A stretch of DNA of 32,000 bases, taken from the NCBI GenBank assembly GCA_000743035.1, contig CP008936.1, positions 240,001-272,000 of the forward strand. Direction: 5' to 3'. The notes beneath the pieces are model-generated. The model was not told the origin of the DNA, searched no databases, and worked only from the letters and a program-made list of their open reading frames with translations. Shown here piece by piece: positions 17,099-26,646 of this stretch. This DNA is from Candidatus Paracaedimonas acanthamoebae. Its GTDB lineage: Bacteria > Pseudomonadota > Alphaproteobacteria > Caedimonadales > Caedimonadaceae. The position numbers and the translations under genes were made by a program. How positions within the stretch are numbered: position 1 is the stretch's first letter; every line of letters starts with the position of its first letter.

Positions 17099-17208
17099 CC
17101 TCCTCATTTATGAGAATTCTAATTTGATAAAGATTTAAAGATTTTAAATAAGAAAATTAATAATTATAATTAATAAAAAATAATATTCTTCTTAAATTTG
17201 TTTAGTAA

Positions 17209-17526
17209 TTATTTACAATTTTTTTCGCAGTCAATCATACGCTTTTCACGTTCATCCTCACAGGCTCTCTGTGTTGGATGGGCTGGCGCTCGATTTCCCA
17301 GAGAATCTTCGATTTCTTGTTCTTCTTGATCAACTAATTTTATACAATTAATGAATTCCTCTTCAGCTCTTTTTTTGCATTGAGCAATATTTTCAGATGG
17401 AGGTCATCCGTAAGGTTTAGCAAGTATTTCAGGTGTTGCTGTCTTTGTATCAGCTGTTGCTGCTTGAGCTGGAAGGCCAAAAAGCAAGCTTGTTGAGAAT
17501 ATAATTGATGTAAGTATATGAAACAT
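17209..17526 (-). pseudogene. Small secreted Cys-rich protein gene interrupted by one in-frame TGA (codon 41)
   Basis: AAGGAG RBS, ATG at complement 17524-17526, signal peptide MFHILTSIIFSTSLLFGLPAQA, then ATADTKTATPEILAKPYG-TGA(17404-17406). The same frame continues as PPSENIAQCKKRAEEEFINCIKLVDQEEQEIEDSLGNRAPAHPTQRACEDEREKRMIDCEKNCK*. Both halves are below the track cutoff. Confidence 0.5.
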
Positions 17527-17556
17527 TTTTTTCTCCTTGATTAATTAAAATAAAAC

Positions 17557-18015
17557 TTATTTTTTTGTTGAGGATGTTTTTTTGGATCCTTTAGAAGTTG
17601 GAGCCTTTGTTTTTGGCATTGTTTTTTGCGCAACCTTTGCAAGAGAAGCTTGAATTTCTGGTTTGAGGGATGAAGAACCTTCTATTTTTGAAGAAATGTT
17701 AGGGTTATTTTCATGTGAAGTTACCGTTGAGTCCCCCTTCATCATGCGTTTAATTTGTTGTTCTTCCCAAGTTTTATCGAAAAACGGGAAAAGGTCGGCC
17801 AGGGCAGGGATCATGTCCAAAGAGATGGCTTTCAAAGCCATGCCAATTCCCCATCCAACAATCACCCAGATAGGCCAGAAATAGCCACCACCTGAGATTG
17901 CCCAGATTAAAATAAGGCCAAGATTGACGGCTCCATAGAGTGTTAAGTCCACATAGAAATTTCTGAGTTCTTTAACACGTGCTTTTATATCAGCTTCAGT
18001 TAATTGTTTTGTCAT
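17557..18015 (-). CDS. 2TM-domain membrane protein with a basic S/T/K-rich tail
   Basis: LRNFYVDLTLYGAVNLGLILIWAISGGGYFWPIWVIVGWGIGMALKA matches the 2TM-domain pattern from memory. It lies 30 nt upstream of, and co-directional with, the small secreted gene. Confidence 0.65.
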   Translation of the reverse strand: MTKQLTEADIKARVKELRNFYVDLTLYGAVNLGLILIWAISGGGYFWPIWVIVGWGIGMALKAISLDMIPALADLFPFFDKTWEEQQIKRMMKGDSTVTSHENNPNISSKIEGSSSLKPEIQASLAKVAQKTMPKTKAPTSKGSKKTSSTKK

Positions 18016-18218
18016 ATTGCTCCCCTTACTAATAGTAACATAAGTAATGTTCTCATGTTAATCAAAGGCTTGCAAGGTAGATTATCTATTTATAGGCATA
18101 TTTTTGTACTCAAAAAACAAGTTAATTAATTTAACTTATTGAAAAATATAAGCAAAATTGTATGTTGGTTGTTGTTTTTATGGAGGCTTTATTATACTTT
18201 GCTTTTATTTGATGAGTC

Positions 18219-18875
18219 ATGACCAAGATGCAGTTTAAAAAACACACGGATACTCAGATACCAAAGTGGACCAGGCTTAAAGGATTAACTTCCTATCCTT
18301 TAGCGCTTCAAATGATGGAAGAGAGTGTTGAAAAAATTCTATGCGAGCAAGGAGAAGAACAAATTTTTCTTCTTGAACATCCGGCTCTTTATACGGCAGG
18401 GGCAAGTGCTAAGCCGCAAGAACTTTTAAGGGGGGATAGCTTTCCTGTTTATGATGCGCGAAGAGGGGGGAAATATACTTATCATGGTCCAGGCCAGAGG
18501 ATAGTGTATATCATGTTAGATTTGCGGCAAAGAATGAAAGACGTCCGAGCATTTGTAAGAGCTTTAGAGGAATGGGTCATTCAATCGTTAAGAATCTTAG
18601 ATGTACACTGTGAGCGTCGTGAAGGTCGTATAGGCTTGTGGGTTGAACATCAAGGCGCAGAGAAGAAAATTGCGGCCATTGGTATCAGGCTTAGACAATG
18701 GATCAGCTTCCATGGAATTGCTATTAATGTGGCGCCGGACCTGAATCATTATCAAGGGATTATTCCTTGTGGTATCCAAGAGTATGGCGTGACCTCTTTA
18801 AGAGCATTAGGCTCAGAGGCTTCTTTAGAGGATTTAGATCAAGCTCTTTACACTACATTTGGAAATATTTTTTAG
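18219..18875 (+). CDS. lipB: Octanoyltransferase (lipoyl(octanoyl) transferase)
   Basis: LLEHPALYTAG..., RGGKYTYHGPGQ, KIAAIGIRLRQWISFHGIAINV and IIPCGI are all conserved LipB blocks. 218 aa. Confidence 0.9.
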   Translation: MTKMQFKKHTDTQIPKWTRLKGLTSYPLALQMMEESVEKILCEQGEEQIFLLEHPALYTAGASAKPQELLRGDSFPVYDARRGGKYTYHGPGQRIVYIMLDLRQRMKDVRAFVRALEEWVIQSLRILDVHCERREGRIGLWVEHQGAEKKIAAIGIRLRQWISFHGIAINVAPDLNHYQGIIPCGIQEYGVTSLRALGSEASLEDLDQALYTTFGNIF

Positions 18876-19478
18876 GATATCCAAGGCCTTTAAAAGAAAA
18901 GCTTCCAACACTTTCGTATTGAGAGCTTGAGGAATAAGAGAATCTAAAGCTTATAGTTCATCTTTTGATTTTATTGAGTGCGCAGCAAAAGCGTAAAATT
19001 TAGATAATACAGCAAATTTTTTTCTTCATGACCATATTTCTTTAAATACGTCTCAACCTGTTTTTCAGGTATATATAGAGAGTTTTTTTATTTTTATTAT
19101 TGATACGAGTACTTTTTTCTAGACAGAATAATTTCATTGCGGTATAATTTAATAAGATGGAAATAATAAAAGAGTATTCTTTGTAAGATAATTTAATTAT
19201 ACCATCAAAATGACTAAAAGATCAAGAATTTAAGACCTTTTCATTATAAATAAGAATTATTTTTAAGAATAAATGGGAAAAAATATAAAAGGAGAAGCGT
19301 TTTCAACAATTATTAATTTTTTGATTTTAAATAAGATGGGCTTATGAGCTCACAAAAGTGCTGGTTTATAATATCAACAGGAAATATCTCTTCATGGGCA
19401 GGCGCAAAACTTGCAATTAATGCCTTGGTATGGGATAAACAAGTTTAGAGAATTTTTTTAATATAGGAACTTAACTCT

Positions 19479-20516
19479 ATGGAAAAACAACGTGCCCTTG
19501 AGGCGGCCTTATCACAAATCGAGCGTGCTTTTGGAAAAGGCTCAATAATGAAGCTTGGTCAGCAAGAAGCCATAGAAATTGAATCGATCTCAACAGGATC
19601 CTTAAGTCTTGATATTGCTCTTGGGATTGGAGGATTACCCAAAGGTCGTATTATCGAAATTTATGGTCCTGAAAGTTCTGGAAAGACGACGCTTGCTTTG
19701 CATTGTGTAGCTGAAGCTCAAAAACTTGGTGGGGTGTGTGCCTTTGTAGATGCTGAACATGCGCTCGATCCTGTTTATGCTCGCAAAGTCGGAGTCAACG
19801 TTGATGAGCTTCTCATTTCACAACCGGATGCAGGCGAGCAAGCTTTAGAGATTGCCGACACGCTTGTGCGTTCTGGAGGGGTTGATGTGTTGGTGGTAGA
19901 TTCTGTTGCAGCACTTGTACCAAAAGCTGAGCTTGAAGGCGAAATGGGCGATTCACATATGGGACTCCAAGCTCGTCTGATGAGTCAAGCTTTGCGTAAG
20001 CTAACAGGTTCTATTTCGCGTTCTGGTTGTATTGTGATCTTCATTAATCAAATTCGTCAAAAGATTGGCGTGATGTTTGGTAATCCTGAGACAACGACAG
20101 GTGGAAATGCACTTAAGTTCTATGCCTCTGTACGTCTTGATATTCGTCGGATTGGTTCCATTAAAAATCGTGACGAAGTCACTGGTAACCAAACACGTGT
20201 TAAGGTCGTCAAAAATAAAGTGGCTCCCCCCTTTAAAGTTGTTGAATTTGATATTATGTATGGTGAAGGTATTTCAAAGATTGGTGAGTTGATCGATCTG
20301 GGAGTAAAGGCAGATATTGTTGAAAAATCTGGAGCCTGGTATTCATTCCAAGGGCAGCGTATTGGTCAAGGACGTGAAGCTGTTAAGCAATTCTTGAGAG
20401 AAAATCCTGAGACGGCAGCAACTATTGAGAAAGCCATCCGTGAAAATGCGGGTCAAGTCAGTCAAGCCATGGCAGCAAGTTCTTTTGAGGAAAGTTCAGG
20501 CGAAGACGCTGCATAA
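19479..20516 (+). CDS. recA: Recombinase RecA
   Basis: [22 protein letters not shown], Walker [10 protein letters not shown], and the LVVDSVAAL and FINQIR blocks. 345 aa. Confidence 0.97.
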   Translation: MEKQRALEAALSQIERAFGKGSIMKLGQQEAIEIESISTGSLSLDIALGIGGLPKGRIIEIYGPESSGKTTLALHCVAEAQKLGGVCAFVDAEHALDPVYARKVGVNVDELLISQPDAGEQALEIADTLVRSGGVDVLVVDSVAALVPKAELEGEMGDSHMGLQARLMSQALRKLTGSISRSGCIVIFINQIRQKIGVMFGNPETTTGGNALKFYASVRLDIRRIGSIKNRDEVTGNQTRVKVVKNKVAPPFKVVEFDIMYGEGISKIGELIDLGVKADIVEKSGAWYSFQGQRIGQGREAVKQFLRENPETAATIEKAIRENAGQVSQAMAASSFEESSGEDAA

Positions 20517-20527
20517 AAGCTTGAGTC

Positions 20528-20821
20528 TTGATAGCGACATATCTTATTGAATTTCAAAACTTTCAAGAAGAGCTCTGTACCTCAGAGCTCTTGAAAGCAC
20601 ATGTTCTTCATTTAGAAACTTTATATCGCCAGAAAAAGCTTCTTTTTTGTGGCCCTTGTGAAGATGGATCAGCATTTTTTCTTTTCTCAGTTGCCTCAAA
20701 ACAAGAAGTCATTGATCTTTTAAGTCAAGATCCATTCATTATTCATTCTGTTTATCAACTGGGAAGTGTTAAGATGATCCGCTTGGCAACACCAGAAAAT
20801 CAGTTTTTATTGAAAAAATAA
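20528..20821 (+). CDS. YciI-like small protein (tentative)
   Basis: 97 aa. The H..HL...Y.....L...GP......FFLF....K.E...LL..DPF pattern resembles the YciI family. TTG start 12 nt after the recA stop, with no clear RBS. Confidence 0.5.
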   Translation: MIATYLIEFQNFQEELCTSELLKAHVLHLETLYRQKKLLFCGPCEDGSAFFLFSVASKQEVIDLLSQDPFIIHSVYQLGSVKMIRLATPENQFLLKK

Positions 20822-21015
20822 AATTGTTCCAGCTTTAATGATCTTATTGATTTAGCCGCTTTTTAAAAATACTTAGGTATCCTTCTAGAATTCTTAAATT
20901 TCCCAATTTTTTAATCAACAGCCTTGAGGCATGTGAAAAGCAATAAAGAGATTTTTAAGTATTTTGCTTTATTGTTTGTAAATAAAAGAAGGTATCATGA
21001 GAGGTGTTAGTAAAG

Positions 21016-21618
21016 ATGGTTAAGAAAATTTTAGGAAAAACCTGTAATAAAATAAACATAAAGCTTATGTTTTTTATGCTCCTTTCTCCTATCTTGACTT
21101 TTTCTTTTGCGGAAGGAAAGGGCTTAACAAAAGAAGAAATAGAAAGCTATAAAGCATTGCCGTTTGAAGCTCAGCCCCTTGTTCCTCTCGAACATACTTT
21201 TTCTTTTCGCGGTCAGCGCTCTACATCCTATACTTTAAAGGCAATTGAAAATTTAACCCGTTCTTTTCTAGAGCAGACAGGTGGCATGGGAATTAACCGG
21301 AATATTGGAACGGCTAAAATGCTGGCAATTATCAATAAAACATTAGATGAAGGCGGACATCATTTAAACGAAGAAGAAATGGATGCTTATGCTACCAGCC
21401 AACTTTTAAAGTATCTTTATGAAATTAAGAGCCCTCGAGCTAAAACTTTTTATAAAGCTCTTGAAGCTTGCGAATCTAAAAATATCACTTGTGAAGGAAT
21501 TATTACTTTTACGGAGTTATATGGCTTTATCGAAAAGCAAAAAACATTGATTTATTCTAAAGTAAAGAAGCCTTCTCAACAGCAGTGGAAAAGTGCAAAA
21601 CCTAAAATTAAGCTATAG
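21016..21618 (+). CDS. Hypothetical secreted protein (200 aa)
   Basis: The ATG at 21016 is preferred over the GTG at 21004. Signal-like N-terminus ...IKLMFFMLLSPILTFSFAEGKG. No recognised domain. Followed by a hairpin. Confidence 0.55.
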   Translation: MVKKILGKTCNKINIKLMFFMLLSPILTFSFAEGKGLTKEEIESYKALPFEAQPLVPLEHTFSFRGQRSTSYTLKAIENLTRSFLEQTGGMGINRNIGTAKMLAIINKTLDEGGHHLNEEEMDAYATSQLLKYLYEIKSPRAKTFYKALEACESKNITCEGIITFTELYGFIEKQKTLIYSKVKKPSQQQWKSAKPKIKL

Positions 21619-21663
21619 TAAGTAAAGTAATTTATTCTTTATAAAAAAACTTAACATAAAAAG

Positions 21664-21689
21664 AAAGGTAGGCAACATTATCTACCTTT
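21664..21689. terminator. Hairpin between convergent genes (possible bidirectional terminator)
   Basis: aaaggtag / gcaacattat / ctaccttt, flanked by A- and T-runs, between the 21618 gene end and the alaS end at 21716. Confidence 0.45.
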
Positions 21690-21715
21690 TAATTATTATT
21701 TGTTAATTATTTGCT

Positions 21716-24358
21716 TTAAATCGTCGACAATGACTGTTGCACGGCGGTAAAGGCCGCTTCCAGCATCGAACCATTGGGGCCACCGGCTTGAGCAAGATCA
21801 GGACGCCCGCCTCCTCCTTTACCGCCTAGTGCTTCAGCTGCAAGCCGTACCAGGTCCACAGCATTATATTTTGAAGTTAGATCAGAAGTCACACCTACCA
21901 CAATTGAGCCTTTTCCGTCTTGATTTGCTCCCACAACAACGATGCCTGAGCCTACTTGCGATTTCAATTGATCCACAAGAGGCTTTAAATCATTGGCACT
22001 GACATTTTCGAGAGAGCGACTCAGAAATTTAACTCCAGCAACTGTTTGAACAGCAGCGTCTGTTGACTCGCCACTTACAAGCTTTTTTTGTAATTCTTTA
22101 ATATCTCGTTCAAGCTTGCGCTTTTCTTCTTGAAGGGCATTCAGGCGATTTAAGATGTCTTCAGGGCGACTTTTTAGTATGGTTGCAGCTTCAAGAACTA
22201 ACTGCTCACGTTGTATCATATAAGTTTCCGCTGCTGGGCCAGTTAAGGCCTCAATACGCCTTACACCTGCGGCGATTCCTGCTTCGCTGATAATTTTAAA
22301 ATAGCCAATATCGCCTGTACGGTGAACGTGCGTTCCTCCACATAGCTCTACAGAATAAAGCCTATTATTATCTACCTCTGGCCCCATCGAAACCACACGA
22401 ACTTCTTCGCCGTATTTCTCGCCAAATAAAGCCATGGCGCCGGTTTTCATTGCCTCTTCAGGGGGCATCACTTTGGTGATCGTCTCATTATTTTGTCGAA
22501 TTAGAGCATTAACTTCATTTTCAATGAAGGTAAGTTGTTCACGCGATAGCCCCGTTGGAAAACTAAAATCAAACCGTAAGCGTTCTGATGCCACTAAAGA
22601 ACCTTTTTGTACGACTTGATTGCCCAAATGTTGACGTAAAACCGCATGCAAAAGGTGTATTGCTGAGTGATTGGCTCGCAAGAGGTTTCGACGTTCTGCA
22701 TTTACCTTTAAAGTTAAAGCCTGGCCAAGTCGAACTTTTCCTTTTTTAATCAAGCCATGATGGACATACAGATCACTTAATTTCTTTGTCGTATTTTGGA
22801 TTTCAATGGTGAGTTCTTCATCAGATATCATAAAGCCCGTATCGCCCATTTGACCGCCTGATTCTCCATAAAATGGCGTTTGATTCAGCACAAGCAGCAC
22901 TTCTTGACCTTCATGACTTTCGGAAACCTCTTGCCCCTTTACAATAAGGGTTTGCACAAGCCCTTGAGCTTCAACTGTATCATATCCTAGAAATTCACTG
23001 GCCCCATTGCGCTCAAGCACTTGAAACCAAATTGAGTCATCTTGCTGTTCACCTGATCCCACCCAAGAAGCTCTGGCAGCAGCTTTTTGTTTTGCCATTG
23101 CAGCTTCAAAACCTTCGAGCTCTACCTGCCGTCCTTCGGCACGTAGAATGTCTTGGGTTAAGTCTAAAGGAAAGCCATAGGTATCATACAACTTGAAGGC
23201 AACATCGCCTGAAAGAGGCTTTTGTGGCTCTAAAGAAGTTGTTTCTTCTTCAAGTAATTTGAGGCCTCGTCCCAATGTTTGGCGGAAGCGCTCTTCTTCC
23301 AATTTAAGAGTGTCTCGAATCAAGATTTGAGCATGGGCAAGCTCTGGGTAAGCTTCCCCCATTTCCGCAATCAAAGCTGGCACCAATTGATACATTAGGG
23401 GTTCTTTGCACCCTAATAGATAAGCATGACGCATAGCTCGGCGCATAATACGTCGCAAGACATATCCACGCCCTTCATTTGAAGGCGTAATGCCTTCTGC
23501 AATCAGAAAGCTTGTTGATCGCAAATGATCTGCAATAACTCGATGGGATGCTTTATTCATTCCTTCAGCTTTCACACCGGTGAAATCCTCAGAAGCTTGG
23601 ATAAGCGCCTTAAATAAATCAATATCATAATTATCATGCGTGCCTTGTAACGCAGCGGCAATACGCTCAAGCCCCATCCCTGTATCAATAGAAGGTTTGG
23701 GCAAGTTAATGCGTTGATCAACAAGCTGTTCGTATTGCATAAAAACGAGGTTCCAAATCTCGACAAATCGTTCACCATCTTCATTTGGGCTGCCTGGAGG
23801 GCCGCCTGCTAAATGCTCGCCATGATCATAAAAAATCTCTGAACAAGGCCCGCAAGGCCCCATGTCTCCCATAGACCAAAAGTTATCGGAGCTGGAGATG
23901 CGAAGGATGCGCTCATCTGAAAATCCTGCAATCTTACGCCAATATTCTACAGCTTCTTCGTCGTTTGCATAGACGGTCACTAAAAGACGGCTTTTATCAA
24001 TTCCAAACTCTTTTGTGATGAGATTCCATGCTAATTCAATAGCGATATCTTTAAAGTAATCTCCAAATGAAAAGTTCCCTAGCATTTCAAAGAAAGTATG
24101 ATGACGTGAGGTATAGCCAACATTTTCAAGATCGTTATGTTTTCCGCCAGCACGAACACATTTTTGTGCCGTGGATGCACGGCTGTAGGACCTTTTTTCC
24201 ATCCCCGTAAACATGTTTTTGAACTGAACCATGCCTGCTGTTGTAAAAAGCAAGGTTGGATCATTTCGGGGAATTAATGGGCTTGAGGCAAGCACTGTAT
24301 GTCCTTGTTGCTGAAAATAATCTAAAAACTGCTTACGAATTAGAGATATTGTCCACAT
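21716..24358 (-). CDS. alaS: Alanine--tRNA ligase
   Basis: 880 aa. Conserved blocks [44 protein letters not shown], the editing-domain HSAIHLLH and CGGTHV, and a C-terminal [13 protein letters not shown]. Confidence 0.97.
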   Translation of the reverse strand: MWTISLIRKQFLDYFQQQGHTVLASSPLIPRNDPTLLFTTAGMVQFKNMFTGMEKRSYSRASTAQKCVRAGGKHNDLENVGYTSRHHTFFEMLGNFSFGDYFKDIAIELAWNLITKEFGIDKSRLLVTVYANDEEAVEYWRKIAGFSDERILRISSSDNFWSMGDMGPCGPCSEIFYDHGEHLAGGPPGSPNEDGERFVEIWNLVFMQYEQLVDQRINLPKPSIDTGMGLERIAAALQGTHDNYDIDLFKALIQASEDFTGVKAEGMNKASHRVIADHLRSTSFLIAEGITPSNEGRGYVLRRIMRRAMRHAYLLGCKEPLMYQLVPALIAEMGEAYPELAHAQILIRDTLKLEEERFRQTLGRGLKLLEEETTSLEPQKPLSGDVAFKLYDTYGFPLDLTQDILRAEGRQVELEGFEAAMAKQKAAARASWVGSGEQQDDSIWFQVLERNGASEFLGYDTVEAQGLVQTLIVKGQEVSESHEGQEVLLVLNQTPFYGESGGQMGDTGFMISDEELTIEIQNTTKKLSDLYVHHGLIKKGKVRLGQALTLKVNAERRNLLRANHSAIHLLHAVLRQHLGNQVVQKGSLVASERLRFDFSFPTGLSREQLTFIENEVNALIRQNNETITKVMPPEEAMKTGAMALFGEKYGEEVRVVSMGPEVDNNRLYSVELCGGTHVHRTGDIGYFKIISEAGIAAGVRRIEALTGPAAETYMIQREQLVLEAATILKSRPEDILNRLNALQEEKRKLERDIKELQKKLVSGESTDAAVQTVAGVKFLSRSLENVSANDLKPLVDQLKSQVGSGIVVVGANQDGKGSIVVGVTSDLTSKYNAVDLVRLAAEALGGKGGGGRPDLAQAGGPNGSMLEAAFTAVQQSLSTI

Positions 24359-24745
24359 AATCTTATCTTCATTTAAAATTTATTCTATTGCGTTATATCA
24401 AGTTAGGTGCTCACTGTCATCCATCCTAATTATTCTTTCATCTTTGTGATTCCTATTTTTAGAGATTTTTTGCAGAATATTTGTTTTAGGATCCTTGTAA
24501 AAAAATACTTTTTGGAAAAAATGAAACAAAAAAAATTTGTCTAAAAAATAAAAATTATCTAAAAAACTTCTTTGTAATTTTATTTTTTATTATTAAAACT
24601 TATATAAATTATTAATATAAATAATATTAAATAGGGTATTAAAAATTTTCCTTAAATTTAATTTAATCGATAATTAATTTTATCAGTTGTCAAAAATAAT
24701 TTCTTATGATAACTACCTTTTTGTCATTTTTTGAAGGAATAAATA

Positions 24746-25567
24746 ATGTCTTTTGGTCCCTCAAGATCCTTAATAGCGGTAATCTTATTACATAACATAT
24801 TGGTGTCATTCGGCATAAGCTCGACAGGGGATTTTGATAGTGAAATTATTTTTGATCAACATGGAAAAAAGAGATATTTTCTAGGTGCTGAGGGATCAAT
24901 TCTTCCACTTACGAAAAAAGTTTGTATAATAAAGGACGACACTTCTAAAGTTTTGTTTCCTTTTAAGTGCAATACAGTCTTAACGAGTACAGCTCCTCTT
25001 ACTCCTAAGGAAAAGAGAAAACCTCTTTTAAGTAAAGCACAAACCTCGTCTTCCAAAAGCGGTCAGGTTAAAATATCGCTTAATCAAAGAACAGTTTATT
25101 CATATTGGAAACCTGCTAGCGATGAGGCACCATTCAGCGCATCATCTTCACAAGAAACTGTCGACCTGATAGACGCTTCTAGCAATCAAGGAAACATCTC
25201 ACCTATTTCTAGTCAAATAAGCAGTGAAGAGAAAAAGAAACAACAAGCAGAGTTTAGCAAACTTTTCCGTCAGCCTTCTAAAATCGACTATAATGCAATC
25301 AAGGAAGGTTTTTTAAAAAAGAAATGGCCAATTTCTAAAAATGGAAATCCCTATATAAAGATCCCATCTATACAATCGCCAGATGGCAAGGATCACTATA
25401 TCGTAATTACGCAAAACCCAAGTAAGTATAGAGGAGGAATTGAATATTCTGCTTATATTGATGGAAAGCCCTACTCAGATTTTCTTGAACATCCGCCATT
25501 GAGTCATGCCTGGTTTCCAGATCATGACTCAATTAAGAGAGCAGCAATAACTATAATTTATAAATAA
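24746..25567 (+). CDS. Hypothetical secreted protein (273 aa), S-rich middle region
   Basis: GAAGGA RBS, hydrophobic N-terminus (SLIAVILLHNILVSFGISS), no recognised domain, and its own strong terminator. Confidence 0.55.
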   Translation: MSFGPSRSLIAVILLHNILVSFGISSTGDFDSEIIFDQHGKKRYFLGAEGSILPLTKKVCIIKDDTSKVLFPFKCNTVLTSTAPLTPKEKRKPLLSKAQTSSSKSGQVKISLNQRTVYSYWKPASDEAPFSASSSQETVDLIDASSNQGNISPISSQISSEEKKKQQAEFSKLFRQPSKIDYNAIKEGFLKKKWPISKNGNPYIKIPSIQSPDGKDHYIVITQNPSKYRGGIEYSAYIDGKPYSDFLEHPPLSHAWFPDHDSIKRAAITIIYK

Positions 25568-25600
25568 GCATAATTTTAAGCTCTCTTACGGCCAAACCTT

Positions 25601-25639
25601 ATCACAAAGCTCAAACTATGAGCTTTGTGATATTTTTTT
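25601..25639 (+). terminator. Rho-independent terminator
   Basis: atcacaaagctca / aacta / tgagctttgtgat followed by attttttt. Perfect 13-bp stem. Confidence 0.8.
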
Positions 25640-25661
25640 ATAATATCTTAAACTTTTTTAG

Positions 25662-26336
25662 TCATGTTTTGGCGCATAGTATTTGTGATGTTTCCTGCAC
25701 TAAGGGCTTAAAGTCATTAATATAAGTATCATGTGCATAAATGAGGCCAGTTTGGATGTCAAAATACCATGCATGCAAAAATAATTGTTTTGCTTTCACT
25801 TTAGTTTGAATCCAGTCAAAGCTCATCAGATTTTCCAATGAATTCAGTAGGGAGTACTGTTCGCAGGTCGTTATTTTATCTTCAAGTGATAAATGAGCAT
25901 GCTCTTGTTGAACTTTTTCAAAAGCAGGACGGGCAAGTCCCATCCATTTTTCGATAAAACTTAATTTTTCTTTATTTTCTTGCGCTACTTCAAAGAGGCT
26001 TTGAATCCCTCCACAACGTGTATGCCCGAAAAGGACAACATGTTTAATTTTAAGTGCCTTAATTCCAAATTCAAGAGCTGCACTAGTACCATGATAACCT
26101 TGATCGCTTTCGCAAGGGGGGACGAGATTTGCAACATTCCGGACGACAAATAAATCACCTGGCTGACATCCCAATACGATGGCAGGATCTACACGTGAGT
26201 CTGAGCATGCAATCATTAATATTTTTGGCTTTTGTCCTTCTTCAACCAGCTTTTCATACAGACTATTGCCCCCATTAAAATATGAATCTCGAAAATTTTC
26301 ATAGCCTTGCACAAGCATTTCAAATTCATCAAGCAT
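25662..26336 (-). CDS. Beta-class carbonic anhydrase
   Basis: CSDSRVDP, GDLFVVRNVANLV and GHTRCGG(IQ), which carry the zinc ligands Cys/His/Cys of beta-CAs. 224 aa. Confidence 0.9.
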   Translation of the reverse strand: MLDEFEMLVQGYENFRDSYFNGGNSLYEKLVEEGQKPKILMIACSDSRVDPAIVLGCQPGDLFVVRNVANLVPPCESDQGYHGTSAALEFGIKALKIKHVVLFGHTRCGGIQSLFEVAQENKEKLSFIEKWMGLARPAFEKVQQEHAHLSLEDKITTCEQYSLLNSLENLMSFDWIQTKVKAKQLFLHAWYFDIQTGLIYAHDTYINDFKPLVQETSQILCAKT

Positions 26337-26646
26337 AATGACTCCATTCCAAGTTTATCTGTTGAAAAATGCATTTTCTAGACTTTTTTAACCAATAAAT
26401 GAATATATTTAATAATTATTTATGTCTTCTGTCTATACTTATCCATCTTTTTCTCTCATACATTGTTAGTCTTTTCATAACAGTTTAAGAGTGTTGGGTT
26501 GGCCCTTAAGATTTGTAACTATTATGAGATAAGCTCATAAGTAATAACTCTTAGGAACGATATGCTTGTGAGGCACTAGACATATGCCTTTTCTCTTGTG
26601 TAAGATACAGGATTCAAAATCACAGATGTAAAAGTAAAAAGTAATA

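Noticed and set aside
17404-17406. In-frame TGA as selenocysteine, or as a genome-wide TGA=Trp reassignment
   Set aside because: I could fold no convincing SECIS-like stem-loop immediately downstream. Several well-defined genes in the window (ABC exporter, MFS, LysR) terminate at TGA at the expected length, so TGA is a stop codon here.
17663-17884. 73-aa ORF antisense to the 2TM-domain gene, and 18597-18779 antisense to lipB
   Set aside because: They are antisense to genes with recognisable domains and have no expression signals.
20001-20292. ORFs 20001-20192 (-) and 20077-20292 (+) within recA
   Set aside because: They lie inside the recA coding sequence in other frames or on the other strand.
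22434-24264. ORFs 22434-22619 (+), 23572-23784 (-) and 24079-24264 (-) within alaS
   Set aside because: They are embedded in the 880-codon alaS gene in alternative frames.
24856-25056. 66-aa ORF antisense to the 273-aa secreted protein gene
   Set aside because: It is shorter than the sense ORF and lacks an RBS and terminator.
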